This document shows, piece after piece, positions 45,750 to 56,244 of a stretch of 64,000 nucleotides of DNA (its first letter is position 1; each line of letters starts with the position of its first letter). The stretch comes from Dehalococcoidia bacterium (GTDB taxonomy: Bacteria; Chloroflexota; Dehalococcoidia; UBA6926). The notes under the pieces are model-generated. The model saw only the letters and a program-made list of their open reading frames with translations. It was not told where the DNA came from and ran no database searches. Both the position numbers and the translations under genes were made by a program. The stretch is from contig CBDEUZ010000007.1 in NCBI GenBank assembly GCA_965243495.1, forward strand, positions 30,817 to 94,816, read 5' to 3'.

Positions 45750-47077
45750 TTGGCGGCGGGCTTGCCGGCCTCTCCGCCGCTTGCGCCCTCGCTGAACGCG
45801 GCGTCACCGTCACCCTGATTGAGCGCCGCAACTACCTTGGTGGGCGCGCCTTTTCCTTTATTGATCCGCACACGGGCATGGAGTTGGACAACGGCCAGCA
45901 CGTCTTCCTCCGCTGCTGCACTGAATACATCGACTTCCTCAAGAGGATTGGCGCGTTCAGTCAGACAACGCTTCAGGAGCGGCTGCGCGTACCCGTGGCC
46001 AATAGGGCCGGAAAACTAGGCGTCCTGTCATCAACGCGGTTCCTCCCCGCGCCGCTCGACCTCCTGCCCTCGCTCCTGCGCTATCCACACCTTGGCTTCA
46101 GAGACAGGCTGCGGATCATCCGCGGCATGATGAGCATCCGCCGCACGAACAGGGAACACGAACGTGAGCGGTTGGAGTCCATGTCTTTTCATGATTGGCT
46201 TTTACAGAACGGGCAGAATGACAGGACCATCGTGGCTCTCTGGGAACTCATCACCCTGCCAATACTTAACGACACCATCGACGCCGCCAGCGCCAACATG
46301 GGCGTCATGGCATTCCAGGACTCCCTGTTGGCCGGTAAGGGCATGGCTGATCTCGGTTATTCGCGCGTGGGGCTATCAACGCTGGTCAGTGATGGAGCGC
46401 GTCATTACATCGAATCGCGCGGCGGCAAACTCATCATGGGCCGCCGCGTGAGTGACCTTCACGTAACAGAAGGCCGTGTCACGGGAGTCAGGGTTGGCGA
46501 GGAAACCATTGACGCGGATGCAGTGATCAGCGCTGTGCCATGGGACGGACTTGAGAGGCTGCTAACCAGCGAGGACACGGACGCCTCTCTATCGGCCGTC
46601 AGTCCACCACAGCTGGAATGGGCGCCAATCGTCGGCCTTCACATCGGCTATGACCGCCCGGTGATGAATGACCCATTCCTGACGGTTGTGGACAGCCCAA
46701 TTCAGTGGATATTCAATCGCTCTCTCATGCAGGAGTCAGCCGATGCAGACTCACGCTTGTTGGTGTCGATTAGCGCCGCATGGCGTGAGGCGGGCATGAC
46801 AGAGGAGGAGCTGCGTGACCTGGCTGAGGCGGAGCTGCGCGCAGTGCTTCCGGAGACACGCAATGCCTCAATGACATTCTTCCGCGTCGTCAAGCAGCCG
46901 CAAGCAACCTTTCGATGCCTTCCCGGAATCCAGGAGCAGAGGCCGTCGCAATCAACTAACGTGCTCGGCCTCTTCCTCGCGGGAGACTGGACTCAGACGG
47001 GGTGGCCGGCGACGATGGAATCCGCCGTCCGCAGTGGAAATCTCGCGGCCGCTACCGCGGCCTCCTCACTCTCCTGA
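45701..47077 (+). CDS. hpnE: Hydroxysqualene dehydroxylase HpnE (FAD-dependent)
   Basis: VIGGGLAG, LGGRA, LDNGQHV, AGDWTQTGWPATMESAVRSG; follows hpnCD. Confidence 0.87.
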   Translation: MDSELHPDGARSHCVVIGGGLAGLSAACALAERGVTVTLIERRNYLGGRAFSFIDPHTGMELDNGQHVFLRCCTEYIDFLKRIGAFSQTTLQERLRVPVANRAGKLGVLSSTRFLPAPLDLLPSLLRYPHLGFRDRLRIIRGMMSIRRTNREHERERLESMSFHDWLLQNGQNDRTIVALWELITLPILNDTIDAASANMGVMAFQDSLLAGKGMADLGYSRVGLSTLVSDGARHYIESRGGKLIMGRRVSDLHVTEGRVTGVRVGEETIDADAVISAVPWDGLERLLTSEDTDASLSAVSPPQLEWAPIVGLHIGYDRPVMNDPFLTVVDSPIQWIFNRSLMQESADADSRLLVSISAAWREAGMTEEELRDLAEAELRAVLPETRNASMTFFRVVKQPQATFRCLPGIQEQRPSQSTNVLGLFLAGDWTQTGWPATMESAVRSGNLAAATAASSLS

Positions 47078-47087
47078 GACTATCCTC

Positions 47088-48311
47088 TTACCAGGGGCTG
47101 GAGTTCTCGGAATAAACGTGATCCGGCATGTTGTAGTGAATATCCGTTTCCGCAACCGTTGCGGCATCCAACAGGCCGGTGAATTGCGTGAAGTTATTCT
47201 GGTTGGTGAGGCGTGGAATCCACCGTGCCAGCAGGTTGTTGTACTTGGCCTGGAACCTGAAGAACGGAAGAACGCCAAAAACCGGCGTCCTCGGGTAGCG
47301 GAGCCTGTCAGCCATATCCGCCCCGATCACGGCGCGGGAAATCCGAAAGACATAGTTGGCCAGCTTCTGCCGTTCCTTCGGGTCTTGAATACCCACAACC
47401 AGCGGCGCGGAATTGATCAGGGCGTGAGCCATGACAACCCCTTCCTGGCTGGGGCTTGGCTCGCACATGACGGCAATTCTGTAGAGCTCAAGTGCCTCTT
47501 CTTCATCCTTGAACAGGATCGTCTCTGGAATGCCCATGAGATGGCCCGTGTAGCGCCACACGGCCATGAAGCTCTTTCTCTCCTCATCCGTGTATTTCGC
47601 GCCGAGCCGCTTCATGTGATAGAGAAGGCGCGCGGAGAATCCTGCAATCGCCATCCCCAGGTGCGCTGAACTCAGTGGCACGCCCCACGCACCTGTATCC
47701 CAGTCTTCGGATGCCTCCAGCAGCTTGCGGACCTGCGCGTGAACCAAACGCAGGCGCATGCTCAGCTTGAGACCGTCACCGGCGCGATCCAGCCCTCCCG
47801 GAAGGAAGGACTCCAGCATGTGCCGATTGTTCTGCATCAGGCGTCGCACGCCCTGGTCACGAACCCGGCCGGTAATGAAGAACGACTTACTGATGTTTGT
47901 CGTGAAACCTTCGACGAGCGTTCCACCCACAAACGCTGCGAGGATAATGCGCGCGTTGCGTAGAAACATACGCGATCCCGGCATGAATTCATCGTAGTTC
48001 ACCCAGTCCGGGGGGGTATCCAGTCCGCCAACGAGACGCTGAACGCTCGCAGGAGCATCCTTGATGACACTGCCGTCCGGATTATCCATTACCGCCCGAA
48101 TGAGCATGGCGGATTGCGCGCGATCCATATCACCGAGTTCCGCGATGACAGCATCCGCCTCGGGGTCGGCGATCAGATGATGGGCAATGTAGTTGTCCGC
48201 GACGGCCTTATTCGCTTTACTGGCATGTCCGTACCCCTCGATGTAATCGGTGGGAATAGTCAAACCGTACGAGCCGTCATACTTGCTTTCCGGGGGCAAT
48301 GATGCGGTCAT
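47088..48311 (-). CDS. DUF2236/MpaB/Lcp-like oxygenase
   Basis: RLVHAQVR, WGVPLS, WRYTGHLMG pattern typical of the family. Confidence 0.8.
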   Translation of the reverse strand: MTASLPPESKYDGSYGLTIPTDYIEGYGHASKANKAVADNYIAHHLIADPEADAVIAELGDMDRAQSAMLIRAVMDNPDGSVIKDAPASVQRLVGGLDTPPDWVNYDEFMPGSRMFLRNARIILAAFVGGTLVEGFTTNISKSFFITGRVRDQGVRRLMQNNRHMLESFLPGGLDRAGDGLKLSMRLRLVHAQVRKLLEASEDWDTGAWGVPLSSAHLGMAIAGFSARLLYHMKRLGAKYTDEERKSFMAVWRYTGHLMGIPETILFKDEEEALELYRIAVMCEPSPSQEGVVMAHALINSAPLVVGIQDPKERQKLANYVFRISRAVIGADMADRLRYPRTPVFGVLPFFRFQAKYNNLLARWIPRLTNQNNFTQFTGLLDAATVAETDIHYNMPDHVYSENSSPW

Positions 48312-48492
48312 GCTAACTATTGAAATCCAGTGTATCTACCAATCTTGTCCGTTCATTATAGTCGGTTGTTCCACAGATTTTTGATTCGGTCTCAAAAACA
48401 TCGCTCTTAGCCGAGGCTCATGTCGCTCAGTTTTCCGCTGGAGTACCCTACAGATGAATCGTAGTTGAGCAAGATTGAGGAAGGAGTAAACG

Positions 48493-48918
48493 ATGGCACA
48501 GATACTGACCCGCGTCTTTGGAGCCTATATCCTGCTGACAGGAATTGCCGTCGCCTTACTATTCATGATCACACCGCTGATTCATGATGGCTCGCCCGAG
48601 TACCCGTACTGGACCATCATGAATTACTTCATGGCTTTGGGCGTGATCCTGATGGTTGTCCTGACGTTCCTCTATCGATGGCAACTCGACCCGGAGCAGA
48701 CGGACAACTACACCTGCGCCATAGCGAACGGGCTCTTCTACGCATCCGTCGTCCTGATGATGCTGTTCTACTGGCAGTACTTCTGGCTGCTGGACACGAG
48801 CAGTGAAACGGGCGACGCCGCTGTGTCGCACACCATCTATTTCCCGCTGATGGATGCGATATACGTCGTGCTTGGCCTGATCATTGGGGAGCGTCTGCTG
48901 CGTAGAGGCGGACAGTAA
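48493..48918 (+). CDS. Hypothetical 4-TM membrane protein
   Basis: 141 aa with four hydrophobic segments; GGAG SD. Confidence 0.75.
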   Translation: MAQILTRVFGAYILLTGIAVALLFMITPLIHDGSPEYPYWTIMNYFMALGVILMVVLTFLYRWQLDPEQTDNYTCAIANGLFYASVVLMMLFYWQYFWLLDTSSETGDAAVSHTIYFPLMDAIYVVLGLIIGERLLRRGGQ

Positions 48919-48942
48919 CGAGGCCAGTCGCGAACCGGGAAA

Positions 48943-50175
48943 TTAAACGCGCCCCGTCACTGCGGTTCTCAGAAGCTGCAAAAGAGGAGGCCGGTGCCCG
49001 TAGACCAGCAGATAGCTGCGGAAGAGGCGCTGCGCCAGCTTCACTGCCACGACGACTGAAATCGTCAGCACAATCAGGCTAGCGGCGATCTCCAGCGGTC
49101 CCATGGCATCAAGCGCCAGGCGCGCTAATGACATTGTCGGCGCGGTGAACGGGATGTACGTCATGACCTGCGGCAGTAAGCCGCCGGCATCATCAATAAT
49201 CGCGAATGAGAACCAGAACGGGGCGACGGCAGGCAGGATGACGATGACCGTTAGCTGCTGCGACTCTCGCTGCGAGGTTGTGACTGCGCCCAGCGCCGCC
49301 ATCAGCGCCGCGAAGAACGCATAACCAAGCAGAAAGTAGGCAAACGCCACAAGAATGAGCGGCAGCGGAGGCAACGTCAGCGTTGGAATATCGTCAAGGA
49401 AAACCGCCCCCCCAAACATGAGACCGACGGCTGAGCCCATCCATACGCCCATTTGAATCATGCCTGCGACGCCCAGACCCACCAGCTTGCCCAGCATCAG
49501 CTGGTCCGGGCTGACCGTAGAGAGCAGGATCTCCATAACACGATTCTCTTTCTCCTCGTTCAGCCCCTGCAGCAGATAGCCCGTGATGGTCAACACGGAG
49601 AAGATTACGGCGAACGCCATCGCCATGAAGAAGATCAGCGTCGCGGGATCAAATGAGTCTTCCTCGGGTTGACCTCCTTCGCCTACCTCAAGCGTGGTGA
49701 TGAACACCGGCGACAGGATGCGCGCAGCCCGGGCATCATCCACTGCCTCCGCAACAAGGTTGATGCGCAAGAACTCCCGCAGCGAGCCGCTGCCACTGCC
49801 GGTGATGTTCAGACCTTGCCTACCCTTGACAATCTCAACAACTCTGCCGGTGGAGATGTAGTCGCGCTGGATCACATAGGCAGCATCGAGTTCCCCGGAT
49901 GCGACCGCTGACCGCGCCTGTTCCTCCCTCTCGATCGGCACATATTCAGTATTTCCAATCGTTCCGGGTTCGCTGATGACGCCGGCGAGGTCCACATAGC
50001 CCACCGTCCGGGATTCCGGCTCATCATCGCCGCCGGAGGTGAAGAAGACGTACGCTCCGATACCACCCACGAGCAGAAGCATGCCAATGGGCACGAGCGC
50101 GGTCATGACAAGGAAACCGGTCCGAGACAACATCGTTGTCAACTCGTGGCGGGCGACAATCAAGGCCTTATTCAT
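48943..50175 (-). CDS. ABC-2 type exporter permease (NatB/YhaP-like)
   Basis: EEKENRVMEILLS, GKLVGLG, IPFTAP. Confidence 0.9.
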   Translation of the reverse strand: MNKALIVARHELTTMLSRTGFLVMTALVPIGMLLLVGGIGAYVFFTSGGDDEPESRTVGYVDLAGVISEPGTIGNTEYVPIEREEQARSAVASGELDAAYVIQRDYISTGRVVEIVKGRQGLNITGSGSGSLREFLRINLVAEAVDDARAARILSPVFITTLEVGEGGQPEEDSFDPATLIFFMAMAFAVIFSVLTITGYLLQGLNEEKENRVMEILLSTVSPDQLMLGKLVGLGVAGMIQMGVWMGSAVGLMFGGAVFLDDIPTLTLPPLPLILVAFAYFLLGYAFFAALMAALGAVTTSQRESQQLTVIVILPAVAPFWFSFAIIDDAGGLLPQVMTYIPFTAPTMSLARLALDAMGPLEIAASLIVLTISVVVAVKLAQRLFRSYLLVYGHRPPLLQLLRTAVTGRV

Positions 50176-51122
50176 ACCGTGCCTCTCCGCCCCTGGACTT
50201 CACGGATGAAGATCTCCTCCAGCGTCGGCAACGCGACTTCAAATCGTTCTATACGCATACCGGCATCAAGGAGTTGCTTGAGCACTTGCTCCGCCGTAGC
50301 TCCCTCCGTGAGACGCATTGTGATGGTTTCCGCCGAGCGTTCGATTTCCCCTGCTCCACTGATTCGTTCCGGCAGCGCGTCCGGAGATTCAATGCGGATA
50401 GTGTCGCCACGGTAACGCCGGCGGAGCTCGGACGGCGCGCCGTCAAGTGCCACTTCCCCGCCATCAATCATCAACACGCGATCCGAGAGTTCCTCCACGT
50501 CCGTCATCTGGTGGGTGGAGAAGATGATTGCCGCGCCGCGTTCCTTTTCCTCGAGCACAAGCTCCTTCATCCGGCGGGCGTTGACCGGATCAAGCCCTGA
50601 GAACGGCTCATCGAGGACAAGGATGTCCGGCCTGTGCAGCAGGGTCGCCCCGAACTGAACGAGTTGCGTCATGCCACGGCTCAGCTCACGCACCTTTTTA
50701 TGGGCGTGCTCTGCCATTCCAACCGCGTCAAGCATTTCCGCGGCACGAATCGCAGCCTCACGGCGGCTCAGCCCTTTCAACTGTCCCAAATAAGAAAGGA
50801 CGATGGTAAGGCGCAGCCCTTCGTATAGGCCGCGTTCCTCCGGGAGGTAGCCGATGCGTTCCTGCGTCTCCTCAGTGAGCGGCCCGCCAAACGCTCGCGC
50901 CTCGCCCTCATCAGGCGCGAGTATGCCGAGCATCATGCGAATCGTAGTTGTCTTGCCTGCGCCGTTGGGACCAACAAGCCCAACAACCTCACCGCTATTG
51001 ACGTGCAAAGAGACATCATTCACGACATCCCTGCCGCCAAATTGTTTGCGCAACCGGCGCGCCTCCAACGCCGGGGCGCCAGCAGCATCAGAATCGAACC
51101 GGGAATCTCCAACACCAACCAT
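50172..51122 (-). CDS. ABC exporter ATP-binding subunit (NatA/YhaQ-like)
   Basis: GPNGAGKTT, GYLPEERGLY, LSRG, LDEPFSGLDPVN. Confidence 0.92.
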   Translation of the reverse strand: MVGVGDSRFDSDAAGAPALEARRLRKQFGGRDVVNDVSLHVNSGEVVGLVGPNGAGKTTTIRMMLGILAPDEGEARAFGGPLTEETQERIGYLPEERGLYEGLRLTIVLSYLGQLKGLSRREAAIRAAEMLDAVGMAEHAHKKVRELSRGMTQLVQFGATLLHRPDILVLDEPFSGLDPVNARRMKELVLEEKERGAAIIFSTHQMTDVEELSDRVLMIDGGEVALDGAPSELRRRYRGDTIRIESPDALPERISGAGEIERSAETITMRLTEGATAEQVLKQLLDAGMRIERFEVALPTLEEIFIREVQGRRGTV

Positions 51123-51198
51123 CTAGGCCAGTATATGCGGCGAAGTCTTCAGGAAAAGTACCCTCTCTCTGAGAGAAGTCTGACGGATGGGGTCGTGC

Positions 51199-51924
51199 CT
51201 ATGTGGCGGCTGAACCCAAAGGCAGGCTAAGCTGCCTCGGCATCATTGCCCAGCGCGGGTCATCCAGTGTTAGCGTCGTGCAGCCGAGAGCAAGCAACTC
51301 TTGTGCCCCCATCGGCGTTCTGATCCCATACGCGCGAACGTCGATCCCCAGTGATCCGGCCTGTGCCACCAGCTCCGCACTGACTTCGGAAGCCTGCACT
51401 GCCAGTTCGGACACTCCAACCACGGACGCCTCAACCACTGCCGCCGGAGTCAGTGTCCCGTGACGTGCTCCAATAGTCCAACTGAGCCGCAGCCCCTCCG
51501 CAAGCGCCTGCGCTCGGCGCAGGAGGCTGAGGTCTGAACCCGTCACGTAACACCGCTCAGCCCGGCCTGACTCGGCAACGACGCGCCCCACGGCCTCGGC
51601 GAGTTCCCTGCTCTTCTCCTTGAGGTCGATGATCACGTCAAAGTCGGCGGCAAAGACATCAAGCATGATGGAGAGGGGTGGCACACCAAGAGTCTCCAGG
51701 TCAGCCATCCTCGTGGCGGCAACCTGAGCCTTGTGGCCGTGCGTCCTCGTCAGTGTCGGATCGTGGATGATGGCGGGCAGCCGGTCCGCGGTCAGGCGGA
51801 CATCGGTCTCTATTGCAGCAACGCCAAGCTCTGCGGCCGTTGTGAATGCGAGTAGAGAATTCTCGGGCGCTAGTGCCTTGGCGCCTCGGTGAGCGACTGT
51901 CCTAATCGCCTTTGGATGATTCAC
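51199..51924 (-). CDS. Glycerophosphodiester phosphodiesterase family
   Basis: VAHRGA, PENSL, IETDV, IIHD; start uncertain. Confidence 0.87.
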   Translation of the reverse strand: MNHPKAIRTVAHRGAKALAPENSLLAFTTAAELGVAAIETDVRLTADRLPAIIHDPTLTRTHGHKAQVAATRMADLETLGVPPLSIMLDVFAADFDVIIDLKEKSRELAEAVGRVVAESGRAERCYVTGSDLSLLRRAQALAEGLRLSWTIGARHGTLTPAAVVEASVVGVSELAVQASEVSAELVAQAGSLGIDVRAYGIRTPMGAQELLALGCTTLTLDDPRWAMMPRQLSLPLGSAAT

Positions 51925-52083
51925 AGTGGAGGTAATATATTCAGTTTCCACATAACCACAATGCCACACTATCAGATAATTGGGGTTAAGTCACCGTTAA
52001 GGTCATGTATGACCACGGTTAAGTTTCCACAGAATCGCCGTGCTACAGTTTTCATAGACGGTTTGTTCGGGAGGGGGTACCAC

Positions 52084-52869
52084 ATGCACGGCGTGGAGCC
52101 GCACGTTTTCCTCGTCGGCGAGACCAGGATCATACCGGAAGGGCTTAGCGCCTATCTTGAGCACATCGGCGCGCCGAACTGGTCAACAGACGCAGCCACG
52201 GACGTTGAAGCGCTCGCCGAATTCATGGGACGCCTTTGCTATCGGAGCTTTGAACCCGGCCTCAACCCTAATGTCACGCGCGTCCGCCCCAACAACGCCG
52301 CCCACCTCAAGAACATCATCGCCACCGGCCACGGCTCCGTGCTGGAGCACAGTGTCCTGAACTTCGCCATCACCGGCATCAGCCGCGTCTTTACGCATGA
52401 GCTGGTCCGCCATCGCGCCGGCACCGCCATCTCGCAGGAGAGCCTGCGTTTCGTCCGCCTTGATGACCTTGGCATGTGGGCGCCCACCGCCGTCCGCGAA
52501 GACGAGCACATCATGGAGGTCTTCGTCGACACCTTTAAGAAGCTGGAAGAGCTGCAGATCATGATGGCGGAGCACTACCAGCTGGATGAGGACGGCGCGC
52601 AGTTCTCTCGCAAGAAGGAGATCACGTCCGCCATGCGGCGCATCGCTCCCATCGGCGTCTCGACGAGCATCGGCTGGAGCACGAATATCCGCGCTCTACG
52701 CCATATCCTGGAGGCGCGCACGGACCCCAGCTCGGAGGAGGAAATCCGCGTCGTCTTCGCCAAGATTGGCGAGATTGCCCAGGACCGCTATCCCGTTCTC
52801 TTCTCCGACTACAAGGTCGAAATGGTGAACGGCCTGCCCTGGTACACGACCCAGCACCAAAAGGTCTAA
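52084..52869 (+). CDS. thyX: FAD-dependent thymidylate synthase
   Basis: GRLCYRS, GHGSVLEH, SRVFTHELVRHR...SQESLRF. Confidence 0.93.
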   Translation: MHGVEPHVFLVGETRIIPEGLSAYLEHIGAPNWSTDAATDVEALAEFMGRLCYRSFEPGLNPNVTRVRPNNAAHLKNIIATGHGSVLEHSVLNFAITGISRVFTHELVRHRAGTAISQESLRFVRLDDLGMWAPTAVREDEHIMEVFVDTFKKLEELQIMMAEHYQLDEDGAQFSRKKEITSAMRRIAPIGVSTSIGWSTNIRALRHILEARTDPSSEEEIRVVFAKIGEIAQDRYPVLFSDYKVEMVNGLPWYTTQHQKV

Positions 52870-52906
52870 GACGCGACGACGGCAGCACGCACCAGCGGAG
52901 GAACGT

Positions 52907-53434
52907 ATGGACATCACGGACCTGACTATCGATCACTTTGGCCGCGTGAGGGGCCTGCTCGCGAGGTGCATTGAAGGTCTGACAATCGAGCAGTTGATGC
53001 AGCAGCCGGACGAGAACTCCAACCCGCTTGGTTGGACAGGGTGGCACCTGACGCGAACACAGGACCACGAGATTTCCGGGCTTGCCGGGCGCGAGCAGGC
53101 GTGGATTGCCGACGGCTGGCACGAGCGATTCGGCATGGCTGCCGACCCGCAGAATACCGGCACGGGCCACTCCATGGATGAGGTGCGCGCCTTCCAGTCG
53201 CCGGAGGCGTCCGTCATCATCGGATACTACGATGCCGTCTATGCCCGCACGCAGGAATTCCTGCAGACCATCACGCCGGAGGCGCTTGACCGTGTCCTGA
53301 ACGAGCCGCGGTGGGACCCGATGCCGACGGTCGGCGTGCGCCTTGTTAGCGTCATGCACGATAATTCCATGCACACGGGGGAGATGTCCTATCTCAAAGG
53401 TATGTTCGAACGCAGGCAGTGGTACCCCGCCTGA
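52907..53434 (+). CDS. DinB-superfamily protein
   Basis: NPLGWTGWHL and HDNSMHTGE His pattern. Confidence 0.85.
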   Translation: MDITDLTIDHFGRVRGLLARCIEGLTIEQLMQQPDENSNPLGWTGWHLTRTQDHEISGLAGREQAWIADGWHERFGMAADPQNTGTGHSMDEVRAFQSPEASVIIGYYDAVYARTQEFLQTITPEALDRVLNEPRWDPMPTVGVRLVSVMHDNSMHTGEMSYLKGMFERRQWYPA

Positions 53435-53478
53435 TTCCCTGCCCTAAACTGAGTCATCAACACACACCGGGAGGTTCT

Positions 53479-54360
53479 GTGCCTGAAGTCATCACACGCG
53501 AGCAATCCGAGGGTCGCACAAGCCTGTTCGTCACCGTGGAAGGCGTTCAGTTTCACGCGCTTGATTGGGGAGGCAACGGCCCGCCGCTCCTGCTGGTTCA
53601 TGGCGGGCGCCGCACCGGACGCAGTTGGAACGCCGTCGCGCGACGACTCCGCAATGACTTCCGCGTGATCGCATTGGACACGCGAGGCCATGGCGAGTCG
53701 GACGGCCCGGAAACCGGCTATCGAGCAATGGAAGGCGCGCGCGATATGGCGGGCATTGCCGAGGAGCTTGACCTGCCGCCGCACTACATCATGTCCCACT
53801 CCTACGGCGGCGCAATCAGCGGACTCTACGCCACGAACCATCCTGATCGCGTGCTCGGAATGGTGATGATTGAGCCGGTGCCGGAGGGCCCCGCCCACTG
53901 GGTGCGCGTCAATGTCCTCAATGAAGACCTGACGGAGAAGCCCGGCCCGGGCCGCCGCAACTCCTGGGTGTCTCTGGAAGACCTCAAGCGCCGTCTGGAG
54001 TCCAATAGCATGACAAGCGTATGGACGCAGGAAGCTCTTGCGGATGTCCTCAATGAGGAAACCATCGTCCTCCCGGATGGCCGCGCGGAGGCGGCATGGA
54101 GCCTCAACTCGTACAACATGGAGGAAATGGCAACCGACGAGTTCATGCTCATTGACGGCGCAGACCGACTGACCATGCCCGTCCTCATCGTGGTGGCTGA
54201 GGAGAACAACCTGCTTGAGTCACATCAAAGGCCTTTGGCGCAGGCATTGCCCCGCGGCGAGTTTCTCGTGATGCCGGACGTTGGCCATGCAATCTACATG
54301 CAAGTCCCTGACGAGACCGCCAACATCGCCCGCGACTTCCTGCTAAGCAGCAGGGACTAA
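53479..54360 (+). CDS. Alpha/beta-fold hydrolase
   Basis: LVHGG, DTRGHGES, SHSYGG nucleophile elbow, VGHAI. Confidence 0.9.
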   Translation: MPEVITREQSEGRTSLFVTVEGVQFHALDWGGNGPPLLLVHGGRRTGRSWNAVARRLRNDFRVIALDTRGHGESDGPETGYRAMEGARDMAGIAEELDLPPHYIMSHSYGGAISGLYATNHPDRVLGMVMIEPVPEGPAHWVRVNVLNEDLTEKPGPGRRNSWVSLEDLKRRLESNSMTSVWTQEALADVLNEETIVLPDGRAEAAWSLNSYNMEEMATDEFMLIDGADRLTMPVLIVVAEENNLLESHQRPLAQALPRGEFLVMPDVGHAIYMQVPDETANIARDFLLSSRD

Positions 54361-54416
54361 ACCCTTCGTCTAGTGAAAGAGGTGGCATAATGGCCACAAG
54401 TAAGGAGTAGTTGGTG

Positions 54417-54638
54417 ATGACAAGTGGTGCCCCCCAGACCACTGACCGAGTGAGTTTTCTCGAAGGCGCATTCAGCCAGGTACAGGACAGGTTGTCAGAC
54501 ATGAATGGCAGGATAGACAGCCTTCATTCAGATATACGCAGCCTGCGGATACTCATGTTTACAGGCATGGGCATCATGTGGGCTTCGATGGTAGCCGGGT
54601 TTGTAGCCGTATTTGTGGCAGTATCCAACATCTCGTAG
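54417..54638 (+). CDS. Small coiled-coil + C-terminal TM protein
   Basis: Heptad-like RLSDMNGRIDSLHSDIRSLR followed by a hydrophobic tail. Confidence 0.6.
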   Translation: MTSGAPQTTDRVSFLEGAFSQVQDRLSDMNGRIDSLHSDIRSLRILMFTGMGIMWASMVAGFVAVFVAVSNIS

Positions 54639-54675
54639 ATAAGCCAGTTTCCTGAGACTCTGCCTCAGGATTTCT

Positions 54676-55173
54676 CTACTCCTCCAGCCGCAGATCCCCG
54701 CTTTGCCCGCCGGATTTGGACACGAGCCGCACTGCCTCAACCCTCATCGAGCGGTCGATGGCCTTGCACATGTCATAGACGGTGAGTCCGGCGACACTGA
54801 CCGCAGTCAGCGCCTCCATCTCGGCCCCCGTCTGCCCTGTCGTGCGCACGGTGGCCTCAATCTCGACGCTGGCTCCATCCTCCCCGGGAGTCAGCTCAAC
54901 GCCTACGAACGATAGCTGCAGTGGATGGCACAGCGGGATCAACTCGGCGGTACGCTTTGCGGCCATGACTCCTGCCAGTTGCGCGACTGACAGAACGTCA
55001 CCCTTCGGTGTCGCCTGCTCGCGGATGGCCGTGAGTGTTTCGGACGACATAACCACCCTGCCCCGCGCAACGGCCTCGCGTTTTGTCACATCTTTATCGC
55101 CAACATCAACCATGCGTGGCCCTGCTGTTGGGTCGACGTGGGACAGTTGGCCGGGGTTTTCCTGGTCAGCCAT
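54676..55173 (-). CDS. moaC: Cyclic pyranopterin monophosphate synthase
   Basis: MVDVGDK, KGDVL, LIPLCHP, EMEAL, YDMCKA. Confidence 0.96.
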   Translation of the reverse strand: MADQENPGQLSHVDPTAGPRMVDVGDKDVTKREAVARGRVVMSSETLTAIREQATPKGDVLSVAQLAGVMAAKRTAELIPLCHPLQLSFVGVELTPGEDGASVEIEATVRTTGQTGAEMEALTAVSVAGLTVYDMCKAIDRSMRVEAVRLVSKSGGQSGDLRLEE

Positions 55174-55197
55174 CGGATTTCTCGGGAGCGCCTTGCC

Positions 55198-56244
55198 CTA
55201 CCCGCCGATGTGGTACATCTCCACGCGCTCAGGTTTGCTGCCTCCGAGCGCGGCAGTTTCACTGGTCCGTTCTTCGGAGTAGCGGTCCGTGCGCTGCTCC
55301 CAGACGCCGGTGATCAGCGCGAGAATCTCATCGTCGGTCGCGCCGTCCCGCATCGGCCCGCGCAGGTCATGGCCGTCGCCGGTGAACAGGCAGGTGTACA
55401 GCTTGCCATCCGTGGAGAGGCGGGCACGGGTGCAGTCGTCGCAAAACGGCTCTGAGACGGAGGATATGAACCCGATCTCGCCGGTGCCATCGGCATACGC
55501 ATAGCGTGAGGATGTCTCGCTCCGGTAGTTCCGATCGATTGGGATGATAGGCGTCTCGGCATTGATGCGCGCCGCAAGTTCCCTGCTCGGCACCACTTCT
55601 TCCAGCTTCCAGCCGTTGATCGTGCCGACGTCCATGTATTCGATGAATCGCACGATCTTGTCCGTGCCCTTGAAGTATTTGGCGAGGTCTGTCACGAAAT
55701 TGTCGTTGATGCCCCGCTGCACTACGCTGTTGATCTTGATCGGTCCAAGGCCTGCATCCTCCGCAGCCTCAATGGCCTCAAGCACGCGATCCACGCCAAA
55801 CCCGCGACCGTTCATCCGCTTGAACGTCTCGTCATCCAGGCTGTCCAGGCTGATTGTCACACGCCGCAGCCCTGCCTCCTGTAATTCCTTCGCCATAGGT
55901 GGCAACAGGTAGCCGTTCGTGGTCAAAGAAAGATCCTCTATCCCTTCAACTGCGGCGAGCATCCGAATCAACTCGGGCAAATCCCTGCGCAGAAGTGGCT
56001 CCCCACCGGTCACGCGGATTTTCGTGACGCCCAGACCGGCAAAGATGCGGGTGAGTCGCTCAATCTCTTCAAACGTCAGGATTTGGTCGCGCGGCAGGAA
56101 CTCGTACCGCTCGCCGAATATCTCAGCCGGCATGCAGTAAGCGCAACGGAAATTACACCGGTCCGTGACGGAGATGCGGAGGTCTTGCAGGAGGCGTCCG
56201 AACACATCCTTGACGCTTATGGGGGCGGCGACGGTCATGCTCAC
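55198..56244 (-). CDS. moaA: GTP 3',8-cyclase (radical SAM)
   Basis: [33 protein letters not shown]-terminal IGG. Confidence 0.97.
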   Translation of the reverse strand: MSMTVAAPISVKDVFGRLLQDLRISVTDRCNFRCAYCMPAEIFGERYEFLPRDQILTFEEIERLTRIFAGLGVTKIRVTGGEPLLRRDLPELIRMLAAVEGIEDLSLTTNGYLLPPMAKELQEAGLRRVTISLDSLDDETFKRMNGRGFGVDRVLEAIEAAEDAGLGPIKINSVVQRGINDNFVTDLAKYFKGTDKIVRFIEYMDVGTINGWKLEEVVPSRELAARINAETPIIPIDRNYRSETSSRYAYADGTGEIGFISSVSEPFCDDCTRARLSTDGKLYTCLFTGDGHDLRGPMRDGATDDEILALITGVWEQRTDRYSEERTSETAALGGSKPERVEMYHIGG

